A DNA stretch of 64,000 bases, taken from the NCBI RefSeq assembly GCF_009914755.1, contig NC_060928.1, one strand, 5' to 3'. A program made the translations under genes and the position numbers. The notes under the pieces were generated by a model. That model searched no databases and was not told the origin of the DNA. It worked only from the letters and a program-made list of their open reading frames with translations. Below are positions 23,400 to 37,298 of this stretch, piece by piece (the stretch's first letter is position 1; every line of letters begins with the position of its first letter). The stretch comes from the human T2T-CHM13v2.0 reference genome, Homo sapiens.

Positions 23400-25490
23400 A
23401 AAAATCATGTTGAAGAAATATCCTTCTAGCCTTGTTTTGTTGAGAATTTGGTCTAGAATATCTTTGAATTTTACCAAATGCTTTTGAGCATCTGTGAAGA
23501 TAATCATATGGTTTTTCTCCTTATATGTAGTAATATGGAAAATCACATGAATGATTTCTAAATATTGAAATTTTCTTACATTCTTAAACCCTAGTCATGG
23601 TGCATTATTATTTCAAGATACTGTTGAACTCTATTTACTAATATTCTATTTATGATATTTTTATGGAGAGTCATCAGTGAATTTAGTATGTAGTTTTCTT
23701 TTAGGTGCAATTTGTTAGCTTTTGCAGTGTTGTACTCACTTCAGTTAAAGAAAATGGATGCTTTCCTTCTTCTATACTTTGTGAACAGTCTCAAGAGCAT
23801 TGGAATCATCTTTCTTTAGAAATTTACATAAATTGTTATGTGAAACTGTCTAGAAACATTTTTAAGGGGTCTTGAGTTAGATTTTTCACAACTTTGTCTA
23901 TTTTTAAGATAATAAATTAATCTGGTGGATATCTTTTCTGAAATCAGTTTCAGAAAATACAGTTTTCTATGTAATTATCTATGAATATGTATCTTTATAA
24001 TGAATTACACCCTTTAGCATTATAAGGTGCCTTTCTTTGTTTTGTTTAATCCTTTATGATCCAAGTTCACCTTTTCTGATAGTAAAATCATGACCCCTGA
24101 CTTGTTTCTGTTTATATTTTCATGGTATAACTTTAACCATCTTTTAATTTTTAACCTTTGCTAAATGTCTATCTTTTAAGCATTCTTCATATGCACAACA
24201 CGGAGTTTAATTTTCTTTGTGATCCAATTTTATAAACTTTTTCTTTAATAGGTGGATTTAACTTATTTACATTTCTGTCATTTTTTAATAGTATGCTTTC
24301 TATTTCTATGGCTTTAAAAATGTTTCTCCACTATTTGGGCTCTTTGTTGTTTTGTGTGTGGTTCTGCTAATAATTTGGAGGATTTGTATTTTTGATCTAG
24401 AGGTTACTTTTATAAACAATAGATTATAAAATGCACTTCATCTTATTTTTTTTAGGTAGAAGAAAAATTTGAAGAGTACAAAAAAGAATGTGGTCTGTAT
24501 ATAGTATTTAGAATTTATTAATGTTTTTCATGGCCTGGTACATAATAAACTTTAAAAATATCCAATAGGGATTTGGAAAGAATGCATAGTTTGTATATTG
24601 GGTAGCTTGTTAATTGCATATGATTTAAGTTCTCTATAGTGTTCCTCTCCCTACCTCTGACCCTTATCCTCTCTCTTAAGATAGCCAATGTCAACAGTTT
24701 TCTTATGCATTCTTCCAGGAAAGTTATTTATGTATTTAATTTAATATGCAAAAATCCTTTTAAATATACAAAAATTAGATTATTTTATAAACTGTTTTAT
24801 CATCTGCTGGTTTTAATTTAATATAACTTGGAGATACAGTCATAGCCACACATGTAGATGTACCTCATTCTGAATAGTTCTTTTTTAAAAAGAATTATTA
24901 AAATAATATTTTCCCCCATGTAGTTAGATTTATTTTTGACATATTTTGTTCTTAACATCGAGTTTTCTTGCATAATGATCAGAGAATGTGACTATATATA
25001 ATATTTGGAGTTTACTGAAATTTCTTTCGTGGTCTGATACACAATAAAATTTATAAATGTTCTGTGGGGATTTGGAAAGCATGTGTAGTTTCTGTGCCTT
25101 GGCTAGCTTGTTAATTATTTGTGATTCAAATTCATTATAATTTTATAAATTTTTGGTTACTTCACCTGCTGAGGTTTGAGCAGTATGAGTCTCCCATTAT
25201 GATTGTGGTTTTGACAATTCTCCTTGCATTTCCAACTTCTTGGTTTTTACATATATTTTGATCACTGTTGTTCAGTTATAAAATAGTTATTGGCTATTTT
25301 ATCTTCTTTATGTATTGTATTTTGAAATCAGTATAAAAGATCTCCTATTGCACTATTCAATGATTTCTCCATTAAAAATATATTTAAGACAATTTTTTAC
25401 AAGTTGTTTAGTTTACTTTTGGCTGATATATCTTTGCCTACTTTTTATGTTCAACCAGTGACAGTTTGCTTTAAGTATGTTTCATGGAAA
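23400..25490 (-). mobile_element. Ancient L1M fragments
   Basis: T-rich antisense L1-like sequence, e.g. TGAATTTTACCAAATGCTTTTGAGCATCTGTGAAGATAATCATATGGTTTTTCTCC and GTCTCCCATTATGATTGTGG. Confidence 0.65.
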
Positions 25491-25549
25491 TAGCACATCG
25501 CTGGATCTAACGGCAATAAGAAGTCTGCAGGGTGTATAATGGGATTTTT

Positions 25550-25720
25550 TTTGAGTCTCCCAGATTTAAATCTAAATCTTGGCTCCACCACTTACTGGCC
25601 ATGTGACCTCACGCAAATAAATGATTACTTCTCCAAAACTCAGTTTCCTTATTTGTGAAATGCGACAATAATAGCATCATATTAATTGGAACTCTGAATT
25701 GTAATAAAAATGAGGTTACA
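25550..25720 (+). mobile_element. MIR
   Basis: AAATCTTGGCTCCACCACTTACTGGCCATGTGACCT...CTCAGTTTCCTTATTTGTGAAATG. Confidence 0.75.
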
Positions 25721-27079
25721 AAACAAAGGAAAATTTCTGTGCATAGGAAGCAATAAAAACCAAACCATGAAAAAAGGATGGGCTAATGCTGCCTTTTATT
25801 TACCCTTCCTACAGCCCAGCTTTTTCTTGCCTCATACCTCGAATTGTCTGTCTCCAGAAAGGGCCTGCCTCATGCTCCCTGTTACATTCTAAAATCTCAG
25901 GAAAGAATTCTTCATCTCCCTGGGGCTCATTTGAACCCCATCATTCAAGTTGGGGAAGAAGCATTTCCTAAGGAAGGGGGAGAGAATGCTGGGAGACAAA
26001 GCAGTCCACCCTGCAGGATGAAGTGAGGCCCACAGGTGATAGACATAAAAGCCTCTCCACAAGGTAGGTGCTCAGTAAATGCTAGACCTCACTGCTAGAG
26101 ATCTCTGCTCTTCATAATCATCGTTTCATTTAAAAATGGAGTTTGCTTCAGTGAAGAGGGCTGTTTTCCCCTAACCTAGTCATGAAGAGAGAAACACTTC
26201 ACAGCATTTGCTTTCATGCTGGATGGCTATCATTTATCTATGAGATGATTCCTTCAAGAAACAAACCTCTCAGCTTTACTGCTCTTTAAAAACTGGACTC
26301 TGAAATTAGTACTGAGCATCCAGTTGGACGAAACCCCACCCTCACTCCCTGGGCCAGCTTCTAAGATCTAGGTTATGCCAGAGATATCATATTATAAAAT
26401 CCTTCCATCCTTCTCAGCCTATCTTCCCATACACATAGGGCGGGCCTGATCGTAAAAGGCAGCAAGCCCATGCAGTGGAATCCCCACATCATACAGCCAA
26501 ACAGGCTGTTCGTGAAGCTCCCTCTCAGCCCTGCTTAGGTCTATGGTACAAGTCTTACTCAATTTCCTAAAAGAGTGTGACACCTGACCTCTGCTGAGCA
26601 TCACACAAATTCACCCAGTAGAAGTCAGACCTCACCATCTCATTATCTTTTGCAATGGATATGGCTGTCAACCTGGGTGCTGTGACAAAGAACAATTCAT
26701 CAGAGTTTTGGAGTGATAAACATGATTGGAGGCTTTAGCTAAAACGGTGAGCAGGAACACAGAGGAAGCTGAAGCTAAATGTAGTGAGGGCTGGGGGGAG
26801 TTAAGCCTAAATATAAAAACTAGTTCTCAAAGGTCCTGTGTCCCTTAAAGGTGGGACACAGACCCAAGGTGCAGGCAAAGCCCAGACTTCACATTTTCAG
26901 ATGGCAGCTGGTGGGACCTCGCCAACCAGGGCCCTCACGGTATGGCTTCGGGCTGGTGACCAGGGAATTCATGGTGGGGCCTGGTAAGTGAGCGGCAGGT
27001 GGCAGAATGGCAGGCCAGCAGGTAGGAGCTCCATACAGGTCAGTCCAGCAGAGGCCTAAAGGGCTGAATGGGGAAACCA

Positions 27080-27882
27080 GGCGATTCCCACCCACACAAA
27101 ACATCCTCCAGTCTCACTGTGATCAAGCTCCCACCCCATTGGCAGGCCCTGTAAGTTATCTTCCAAAAAAAACCCAAGTCAGTTTTCTCTTATCCCTTCT
27201 CACTGCTGCCCCCAGCCTCATCTAAGCCACCTGTACTGGCCTTCAGCTGGCCGATAATGAAATCATTCTAACAGTCCCCCTGGCTTCACTGCTGCCCTGC
27301 TCTGATCCATTCTCCATACAAGATGGAATGGTGTCGTGAAAAAACATATATTAGATCATGTCTGCCTAATCTCATTGTACCCAAAATCACATCCTCAGAA
27401 CTTCCAGCAGCCTGGAAGGCCCTGCTGGGCCCGCCACTGGCTCTGTCTCCAGCCACATCTGTGCCGTGCCCCCATGGCTGCCTTTGCACAGCATCCAGGA
27501 CACACCACAATCTTTCCTACCTCCCAGTGCTCTCACTGCCCATTTCCTCTGCCTGGAACACTGTTCTGCCTCTTCATCCCACGGCAGCCTCACCCTCCCT
27601 TTGCATTTTATCACTGTGTTGGTGAGCCCTTCCTTGACCTCCCTTCTAAAGCAGCCTCTGCTCGTGCCTCCACCCTTCCCCACTGGAGCCCCTGTTAATT
27701 CCTTCATAGAATTTATCTCACAACACATTATATTGATTTGTTTATTGTCTGCCTTTGCTATGACAGGGCACGCGTTGTGAGGGAAAGGACCATATTTTTC
27801 TTCACTGCTCTGCCTCTTGTGCCTCACCAGCCTGTGGCACATAGTAGGTGCTCAACTAAACATGTTTGTGGAATGAAGAGAG
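27080..27882 (+). mobile_element. L2 (L2a-like) 3' region
   Basis: TTCCTCTGCCTGGAACACT...GGCACATAGTAGGTGCTCAACTAAACATGTTTGTGGAATGAA terminus. Confidence 0.85.
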
Positions 27883-27916
27883 ATGAACTAGCCAGCATAG
27901 TGGTGAGTGGAGAGGG

Positions 27917-28391
27917 AGTACTTTGGGATAAATTGTGTGTCCCCCAAAAAGATAATGTTGAAGTTCAAACCTCCAGTATCTCAGAATGTGACCTATTTGG
28001 TAATAGGGTATTTGCAAATGTAGCAAAGTTAAAATGAGGTTACTGGAATGACCCCTAACCCAGTACAACCGGTGTCCCTATAAAAAAGGGAAAATTTGAA
28101 CACAAACACAGATATGTTGGGAGGGAGGACCATGTGAGGAAACATAGGGAGCAGTCCACATGAAGATTAGAGTGATGCAGCCACAAGCCAAGCAATGCCT
28201 GGGGATACCAGAGCTGGAAGGGGCAAAGAAGGATTCTTCCCCTGAAGGTTTCAGAGGGAACATGGTCTTGCCATCACCTTACCTTTGCACTTCTGGCTCA
28301 CGGGACTGTGAAGCAATAAATTTCTGTTGTTCTAAGCCACCCAGTTTGTGATTGTGGTACTTTGTTACAGCAGCCCTGGGAAATGAGTACA
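27917..28391 (+). mobile_element. MLT1C-like MaLR solo LTR
   Basis: CTCAGAATGTGACCTATTTGGTAATAGGG...CAATAAATTTCTGTTGTTCTAAGCCACCCAGTTTGTG...CAGCAGCCCTGGGAAATGAGTACA. Confidence 0.9.
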
Positions 28392-29510
28392 GGGAGGGGA
28401 CTACTCAGGGGGTCTCAGGTCCCAAGGCCTCACCTCAAGTATTCTAGATTGTATATGGTCACAAGGGTAACTACAAGCTGCACCTGCTGCTGGCCTGGGC
28501 TGCTCTTCCACTGAGTCAAGACAGGGTCAGGACATGAGTGAGTGAAACTGTGAGTAATAGACACTGGGGAATCCCGTGGGGTGTGCCTGACGAACACTGG
28601 GCTGGCCACTGAGAACTCTGAGTGCAGCATTGTGGCGAATGGTGCCTTTGGAGAGAGAGAAATCATTTCTTACCCTGCAAAGAGTTGGTTGTTGAGTGCG
28701 TGAGAAGTCAGAATTGTGAAGGAAAATACTCAAAATGGAAAGAGTCATCCATCATACACCACCCGGTTTCAGAAGCCAGAATCATAAAGGGAAACGCTGG
28801 GCAGTACGCTATTTCTGAGCAGCTTGGGGGATGTCAGAAGGAATTGCGGAATTCAAGTTTTAAAGGTTACTAGGCAGGGCAAGTTAACCAAGGACATGAG
28901 GAAAACTGAGGAGGAAAATGACCTGCTTCCATCCTCTGATCTTAATTAGCCATGAAGAGAAAATGCTTGAAAAATTTTTGCGTGACTCCCACCAACCTGG
29001 AACTCCTCGAAGCTCCTTGTGAATAGGGCTGTTTGTGTGGAGAACGACAGTCAGTTTAGAAAGCTGATGGACTCATCAAAATTTATGTGATTCGAATCCA
29101 AGATAAGAAAATGTCCATAGGCATGAGTCATTCTAATGAGCACAACTGGGAATTATGGACACACGTTTCTATGTAAGAAGCTTAGAATGCATCCCAAATT
29201 ATGAGATATTAGAAGTAGAACCATTAAACCCAAATGATTTTGCTTACCTTTCACTGAGTGTAATCCAATCAACGTACTTCCTCCTGTTCTTTCAGTACCA
29301 TCTCCAAGTATTACACAAAGATTTTCTTGTGGCTTTTGTTCTTGAATTCAATGCTTTCCATTGGTTTCAAGTGAATAATCGGGGCCTTATGGTAAAAGCA
29401 AAATAGACTTACTTCCAATCTTTTAAATTTAGCTAAAACTGAGAGGATTTTGTTTGGCTTCCACTATCCCTCCTTGATTCTATTCCTTTTAGGTTGACTT
29501 TTTTTAAATG

Positions 29511-29515
29511 CCACA

Positions 29516-29566
<51 letters not shown>
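29511..29566 (+). repeat. (CA)n microsatellite
   Basis: Long CA run with one interruption. Confidence 0.97.
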
Positions 29567-29574
<8 letters not shown>

Positions 29575-32263
29575 TTGTAAGTAAGGAGAAACTAAACGTG
29601 AGTTAAACATGATCACATTTACTTTGGCCACTGTGTATATAGTTCTTCATCTTGACTTCATGACTTAAATACTAGAAAACTATGAAGCACTCTTACCATC
29701 AGGAAGGGAGAAATTATATAAAATTGGGGTCAGAGCAATGGCTTCTAATCCTACTCTGTGCAGAATTCAATTGTTAATAAAATGGATCTGATTCAAAAGC
29801 TCAGGGAGGCTAAACAGACCAGTCCATATTCCCCCATGTTGTCAATTGATTCAAATAATGATGGGACAATTCAAAGAGTGAGTTTTTCAAGTCTTCAAAC
29901 AGGCACTTTCTTGAAGTCCAGCCAAAGTTTTTTGTATTTCAGCCTTGTATGTTATGCTGTAACATATGGCCATATTGAGGTACAGATTTCATCTCCACCA
30001 GCATCAGTGTGGTTGTCATTTACCTCGTTCTGTCTCTTGATGACCCTATTATTATCTCTGTTATTAGGTGTTGGAGTCCAATGTCATTTTTTCCTGGGCT
30101 GTTTATCATTAGGTGGTTTGAAGAAGGTGACTGCCAGCCATAGAGGGAAACACGGGGTAGTCTGTGTTAACATGCATTCAGAACTCTCTTTGACATCTTC
30201 CTCATTTTAATATTGAAAAATTTCTCTCTTCTGCACCAACTTGGATTGTTAGCCAGCTGTTCTTTCAATGGAGGGACAATTGTGTTCCAAAAAATGGAAC
30301 TGACGGAAGGACACGGGTTGATGGCTGTGCTTCTCAGGGAGGGGCTGGGCTGCTGGATGCACTTGATGAGCTCGTTGATCTCATGGGGTAGCTGAGGCAT
30401 CACAGACAAGCAGGGAGGATGTTCCCCAGGTTGGGAGCGGCCGTCTGCATCCACCCTCAGCAGTCCCTGTTGTGACTTACCTGGGAAGCCCCATCAGGAG
30501 GTGCCTCCGATTTCCATATCTGCCCAAAGCACTCAGCTTGAAAGTTACTGTAATCATGGAACAGCTTGGATGAAAAACCTTCTTGTACCCCAGTTGGCAG
30601 ACACTAGCTATTTCTTTTGAAAGTCAATAACCTTGCCCCTTCCTGCTCCTTCTCAGGCCCATACCTTCCTTGTTTTTTCAGCTATTTGGGGCATTTAAAA
30701 ATAAATCCAGCTCTGAGCTGCAGCAGAGCATTGATACCATCTTCTTCTAGGCCCTGGCACACAAACTCAGCACAATTGACTGTTTTGATATTTCTGGGCT
30801 GAAACTCTTCTCCTACCCAGATCTGCTGTGCATCCTGGTTCTCTAGCATGTCTGCACTCATACCCATCAATTAGTATGGCAGGATGCCCACTTAAACAAG
30901 GTGCGGAGCCAATTTCAACAAGGCAATGTGCCAGTCCAATCCCGGCTCAGATAGGGACTGAAGCAAGTGACACAGCATGTCCACGAAGAGCCTTCCTGGT
31001 GGATGGTGCTGCCAAAGTAGGGCCTCGTGTTTCACTCCAGGGAGCTGTCGCCGTGGAAATCTTTAATCACCATGCATTGTTTTCACTCTATTCTTTCTCC
31101 TCTTAGAAAAGAAATTAGTATTATAGGATTTTCTGGATTCAGGATGCTTCTTTTAAAATGAAAATTTCTTTTGTATAAGCAAAAGATACAAATGGGGCAT
31201 TGCAAAGCACAGAAAGACACAACAAGAAGCATAGGCCGTCTTTCTTCCCCAGAGCCACACACTGCCTTGGCAGCCAGAGAAGCGTCATTGCAGACAGACA
31301 GCAAATTACTCTTTGTGTACTGGTGAGGACCTGGAAAAAGTGGCTCTGATAGTTGTAGAGAGGTAAGAAGCACTATTGCAAAAATACCAGAGTTGCCCTT
31401 TTCCAAGAAGCTTCCCCCTCTAGCTCATGGATAAAGGCCTCAAATCAGTTAAGAGGCTAAAGAAGGACTAGGAAGGTTATAGGAGTGGGATAGGGAAAGC
31501 TAACCTCCTATGAGTTTAAATAATTTATTAATGAAAAGAAGCTGTGAACCTCTGCTCTGATGCCCACCCCCTGCCCCCGAAAAAAGGTCGTAAAAAAACC
31601 TACCCTTCTAAGATCTACCCTCAAGGTAGAATGAACTTTTTCAATAGTAAGGCAAGTTCAGGTAAGCACCATGGAGCCAGGAATAGGCAGACAAGGGCAA
31701 TAATGTTATTAACAATAGTGGTTTTTTTTTTAACATGGTTTGTTTTATATCATTTTTATTTAACTATGTTTTCCCATTTTTCCTCCTGAAACAAAGGTAT
31801 GATTGCTTTTTTAATAAGAAAAAAATACAAAAAAGAAAAACTTCATTTTGGAAAAATAAGATAGCAAGTTGCAAAAATGAAGCCAACTACAGCCAAAGGA
31901 ATTTGGGAGTCTTGAACAAAGTTCACTGGGCATTTTTTGGCAAGGAAAGGCATTAAAATAAAAAGAAAGACTGACAAGAAGGAAGAAACACTGATGAAAT
32001 GCAAGAAGACTTCCTAGAGCCTGCTCTGCTGTTACATTCTGTCATGAACTAGAGATGATGAAGCTTTCATTCACAGAAATGAATGAGCATTGCAGACTTG
32101 TTGCAGCTGACCTTGCTAAGTTAAACTCAATTTGCTTTTCAGTTAAACTCAGTAAGCAGTAGCAAATTTTGTGCATTGAGGCTTGTCACAGCCACGGCTG
32201 TAGGTGCTGTGGAAGCACCAGGCCCCTGATGCCCCAGGTGTGCTATGCTCTGAAGTCCAGAAT

Positions 32264-32687
32264 CAGTGGTGTACTAGAGCCTGTGCGGACAGGCTGACCA
32301 CAGCCAATTGTTACATGTTTAGGAATTTTGCCTGTGATTGTTAAACATGCGCATTATTAAAAATTAAATTATATAAACTGGCAGCAAAATAAATTATATC
32401 AAAAACAAAAGCAATGTATCTTCAAAACTCATCACTTCCAAATTATTTTACTATAATCTATGTTCTTAAAGTTATTTACATCTATTGTATTTGTACAGTG
32501 AAAATATTATAGAAAGATGTGCTACTGCCTTCTCTGTAAAACTTGCTGATTTTCATGGTATGAGCTTTCCCACCATGGTTAATTTCAAGCTGCCGATGTG
32601 ATGTGATTAGACTCAGGACGGATTACAGCTTCTATCTATTTATTTTTTCCAGAGAGCTGGTTGTTAAACATTTCCCAGCACACTACT
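32264..32687 (-). mobile_element. MER63 (hAT-Blackjack)
   Basis: Termini CAGTGGTGTACTAGAG ... GAGCTGGTTGTTAAACATTTCCCAGCACACTACTG. Confidence 0.8.
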
Positions 32688-33142
32688 GTCTGAAATCCAC
32701 AAAAGCCAAGCTTTTATATTCTGTAATAACGTGGACAGAATCCTTCACACCTCCTTCAATATTACTCTGCTGCATTTTCCCAAGGCTGAGCACTGCCTTG
32801 AATTTCCAGAGTCTCAGAAAGATTGTGAAGACTGTGGGAAAGACCCTTTCTGTCCTCCTGTCTCTCCCGAGGACTCGGGCACAAGCTGAAGCTGGAGTGG
32901 GCTGTAGTGTGGGGGAATGACGCCAACGCTGTGCTAGGAATGCCCTTCCTCTGAGCTGAGCCACAGCACATGTCTGTTTCTTCTTAGAACCAGTTCTTCC
33001 CAGGAGGCTCCTCAATCCCTCTTGTTCATGTTCTGCCACCACCAACCCTGAAGTCCTGCTTAGCCTCAAAGCTCCTGAGAGTACAGGGAAATGAAGGTCT
33101 GGGCTACAGTGATACAAATAGGAACAGGACAGGAACAGGACA

Positions 33143-33391
33143 GGACAGGTGCAGGGCTCATGCCTATAATCCCTACACTTTGGGAGGCCAAGGTAGGAGG
33201 ATTGCTTGAACCCAGGAGTTGGAGACCAGCCTGCGTAACAGAGTAAGAACCCTGTCTCTAGCCAAAAAATTAAAATTAGCCAGGTGTGGTGGCGCATACC
33301 TGTAGTCCCAGCTACTCAGGAAGCTGATGCAGGAGGATTGCTTGAGCCTAGGGGATCAAGGGACCCTGTCTCAACAACAACAACAACAACA
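33143..33391 (+). mobile_element. AluJ with a right-arm deletion and (CAA)n tail
   Basis: J-type left arm; TSD AACAGGACAG. Confidence 0.88.
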
Positions 33392-33664
33392 AACAGGACA
33401 GATTTGAGCAAGAAAGAGGAAATGATTACACTTTGTATCTCATTAATTACAGGTGATGAAAGGAAGATAATTCAGATTAACGTTCTTTGACCCCACTGGG
33501 TTCAGTACTAGGAACTGTCAGGATTACAAAAGAAGAATAAATTCTGGCAGGAACTCATAACTGAGAAGAGTTTACATTTCAGCTTGCAACCCTGTAAACA
33601 AGGGGTGACAGTGATCAAAGTAGGAAGATGGTTACATTGGTTTGAAATGCTTCTCAAAAATGGA

Positions 33665-33835
33665 AGCCACGCATGGTGGGGCATGCCTGTGGTCCCAGCT
33701 ACTCAGGAGTCTGAGGTAGGAGGATCAAGCCATCAAGGCTGCAGTGCACCACGATTGTGCCTGTGAATGGCCACTGTAGTCCAGCCTAGACAACATAGCA
33801 AGATTCCATCTCCAAAAAAAAAAAAAAAAAAAAAA
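33665..33835 (+). mobile_element. FRAM or AluJ right monomer
   Basis: GCCTGTGGTCCCAGCTACTCAGGAG...CCAGCCTAGACAACATAGCAAGA followed by poly(A). Confidence 0.85.
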
Positions 33836-33993
33836 TAGAATTAAAACAGTCAAAAAAAGTTAGTACTATAGGGAGGCTTTAAAACTCCATTAGATTTGAT
33901 GATGTTTCTTTTATTCATCTTACTTGACCCTCTAAGGCACTGAACAGTGTTGACCGTGGTCTTCTCTTTGAAATACTCTCCTCATTCAGCTTC

Positions 33994-34356
33994 TGTATCG
34001 AGTCAGGCAGAGAGAGAGAGGGGGAGGGAGTTATTTTAAGGAATGGGCTCACAGGATTGTGGGGGCTGGCGAATCTGAAATCTGTAAGACAGGCCAGCAG
34101 GCTGGAAACTCAGGCAGGGTTTCTATGTTGCTGTCTTGAGACAGAATTCCTTCTACTTCTGGCAATCTTGGTTTTCGCTCTGAGTGCCTTCAACTAATCA
34201 AATGAAACCCACCTCCCTTATCAAGGGTAATCTGTCTTACTTACAGTCAACTAATTGTAACTTAATCACATCTACGAAATACCTTTGTAGCAACATCTAG
34301 ACTAGTTGTCTTCGGCATCAGAACCTGGCCAAGTTGACACACAATTATCTACCACA
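33994..34356 (-). mobile_element. MLT2D ERVL solo LTR
   Basis: TTATTTTAAGGAATGGGCTCACAGGATTGTGGGGGCTGGC...GCCAAGTTGACACACAATTATCTACCACA; TSD GCTTC/TCTTC. Confidence 0.85.
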
Positions 34357-34842
34357 TCTTCTAAGCAGGGCCTCCTTCCTGGCTGTTCCAATCTTTCCCC
34401 CTTGTCCCTTTCCAGCCTCTTCTTCTATTGCACACCTCTTAAATGTTGGTATTCGCCAGCATACGTCTGAATTTGGGGGTACAGTTTTTCAGAGTTAAAA
34501 GAAGTTTTATAAATATGCGAATGGAGATGGAATTGTCAAAATCACCTAATACACCTAAGTAAATTGCAAAGACACAATTTTATTAAGACATAATTTTATT
34601 TCTTCCAGGGCAGTATAAGAATAGTAAAATTTTCATCAGGATAGAAAAGTAAGATAAAGGGGAATCAAAGGCACTGTCTGGGCCTTCAACTCTTTAGGCA
34701 TGACATATTTAGATTCTCCAAAGTTTCATCGTCAGCACTTTCTCTTCCCAATCAAAATTATTTCTTTAGGAATCTCATCTGTGTCCGGCCTCTGATGACA
34801 CCAACACACCAATGCCTACAAAATGATGACCCAAAGAGCACT

Positions 34843-34980
34843 AGGTTCCATGTTCAAATAAGTTAGAGAAGTGCCAGTGATACACATCTCGTTCTTAGGG
34901 GTTTGCAGGATACATTAGCAAACTAAAGGCTTTGTGAAGTCCTGCAGTAACAGTAGTCTGCAGAATATGTTATGGGAATC
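34843..34980. mobile_element. MER103-like hAT fragment
   Basis: CATTAGCAAACTAAAGGCTTTGTGAAGTCCTGCAGTAA. Confidence 0.5.
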
Positions 34981-37298
34981 ATTGCCCTAAATCTATATTC
35001 TGAGCCCACGCACCTCTCTTACATTTCAGAATGGTGTTTCCAACTGTGTACTGCATATTACATTTAGATGTCCCATAGCAATTAAAATTTAACATGATCA
35101 AAACTGGCATCATTTTGCCCGACTCCAAGCTTCTCCTCGTATGTTCCTTTTCTCCTATAATCCTTATCTTTTTCCCTAGTTGGTACTTTAGTTGTCCAAG
35201 AAAAAGACCTGGGTGATTTTTGAAACATCCTTTAAAATCTTGGCAATGTATTAGACTTTGTCCAAGATGACCTCAATTTACATAGACTCTTTCTGTCCCC
35301 TCATGACTCCACATTTACCACTTTACTTGCCTAGATTCAGTGAATCTACTTTTTCAGAATACTTCTAATCTGCTCCCCGTCCCTGGGTATGCTGCCTGCC
35401 TCAGTCCTGCCCTGCCATTTGTCCTTTATCTGCAACAATAACCTCCCCACTGCTTGTATTGCCTCCAGCGACCTCCTTGCCTCCAGATGGATGGTCCTAA
35501 AACACTAAATGATATTACTCTCATGCTTAACACCAGTGAGTTGTTTACAGACAAAATCACCACTCTTATTTTGGAGGGTATTCTGTATTTAATTTATGAT
35601 TAGGAGCTTAAGTTTTCTTAGTTCCTCCTGAGTGGTTTAAAGAAAAATCTTCTACCTTCCTTTGGAGATACAAATGGGTCCCTTTCGGATTTGAAAATGC
35701 ATTGAAACAATTAAAATGAGGTTTGGGGAACATAAATGTAGGGGGCATTTGTCGATGTTTAATTTTTTATTGGTCATTTATTTCTGACCACAAAAGATAT
35801 TGAGAGCTGACTGTTTCGAGTCTCACTAGAACAAATAGTCTGAATCAGGCTCTTTATTGAATTAAGAAAATGGAATATTTAGCAAAATAACTATAGTGAA
35901 TTTCCCTACGTATCAGGAAATTGGGAACAATTCTGGCAACCCTTTAAAAAATAGATGTTTTAAAAATTTCTAGTAATATAAGATGTTGTGATCTGGGGGA
36001 AGAAACAGGTTTCAGAACAATATTTAAAATAGTCTAACAACTTAAAACTTTCACCTTTACACCCTCAAGTGGTGGAACTAATATATTTTTCTGAACAAGG
36101 AAACAAAAATCCTGGAAGAATATATCCCAAACTACTGGTGGGGTTTATCACTAAGGAGGGTGAATTATCGTTTTCATATTATTCTACCTGCTTAATTGTA
36201 TTTTCTAACATGTCTAAAGTAAGTATGAATTATTTCTGTAATAAGGAAAAAAAGGTGATTGTTTTAAAAATCCTTTAAAAACCTTAACAGCCCATTAGAC
36301 TAACCAATCTTAGTCTACTTTCTCCAAGATGACCTCAATTTACCTCTTTTCCATCTCCCTCAGTTTTGTTTTTCTTCCAGAAAGACAGCATGTCAATGTT
36401 AAATAGTCAATAGTGTACTTTCAGTGCCCACCCATGTAGTCTGGCATTTAACATATTTTCCAGGAGAAGGTAGTATTGATGACAGCCTTTCTAAGAAAAC
36501 CCTGGCTTCTCTGTTTCAGAGTTTAAAAGTAAAAATTGCAAACTGGTTTGATTTCAAAATACATAAAAGATGCGTACTGAGATACATACAAAAGTAATTT
36601 CAAAACCTTGCATTTAAGCTCAGCTTATTGTTTATTTGTTTGTATATTGAGTCATTATAATATCCTAGATGTTTTATCAACTTGGTAAGAATTTTTTCTC
36701 TTTTTTAAAATAAGTGATTTTGTTATGGTTGGAATGCTTAATAACTAACTTTCCCATTGTTTTCAAATAGATTTCAAGTTGAAGTACCTAACAATTTTCT
36801 TTATCTTATTTGGTGCAGTTGGGTGATACATGTTTACTTACTGGCTTTCATGCTTTTATTTAAAAAGCTTTCCCTTTCAATATGCTAGAACAAAAATAAT
36901 ATTGAATATATTATACATGGCTTTTAAATTCTATCTTCATTTCAATAATTAATTTCAAAACCAATTAAGTTCCTGTAATACTGATTCTAATATCTGAGAA
37001 AAAAAGCACACATATTTAATTCAATTAGGTTGAATATCTTCTTGTTTTATTATTTTGTTTAATAACTTTAACAAATTTTAAAATGAATACTTTAAAAGGT
37101 TTTGAAATCAGTCATAAAGTCTTTTCTATAGAATCACAATGCAGAACTCTTTTATTTATCCACATGATATAACACATTCCCATTTAATATAGCTCTCTGG
37201 TATCTGATAACTTAGCATCCTAAAATTTCAATAAACATGCTAGTTAAAAAAAAAACAGACAACATAGAGAAATGGGGGTGAACTTTCTTTCATAGGGG

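Larger units (their letters stand above)
33880..35545 (+). mobile_element. L2, fragmented and interrupted by MLT2D, a MER103-like element and a local insertion
   Basis: CATCTTACTTGACCCTCTAAGGCAC...TCTCTTTGAAATACTCTCC; TTTCCAACTGTGTACTG...AAATTTAACATGATCAAAACTG. Confidence 0.6.

Noticed and set aside
27286-27842. Cluster of overlapping 100-151 aa ORFs
   Set aside because: Lies within a C-rich L2 element where stops are scarce
29758-30210. 150-aa hydrophobic ORF
   Set aside because: Non-ATG start, no recognisable domain, no flanking splice signals; the composition reflects T-rich DNA
32683-33297. Longest ORF in the track (204 aa)
   Set aside because: Starts in an antisense AluJ, runs through unique DNA with no domain and ends in MER63
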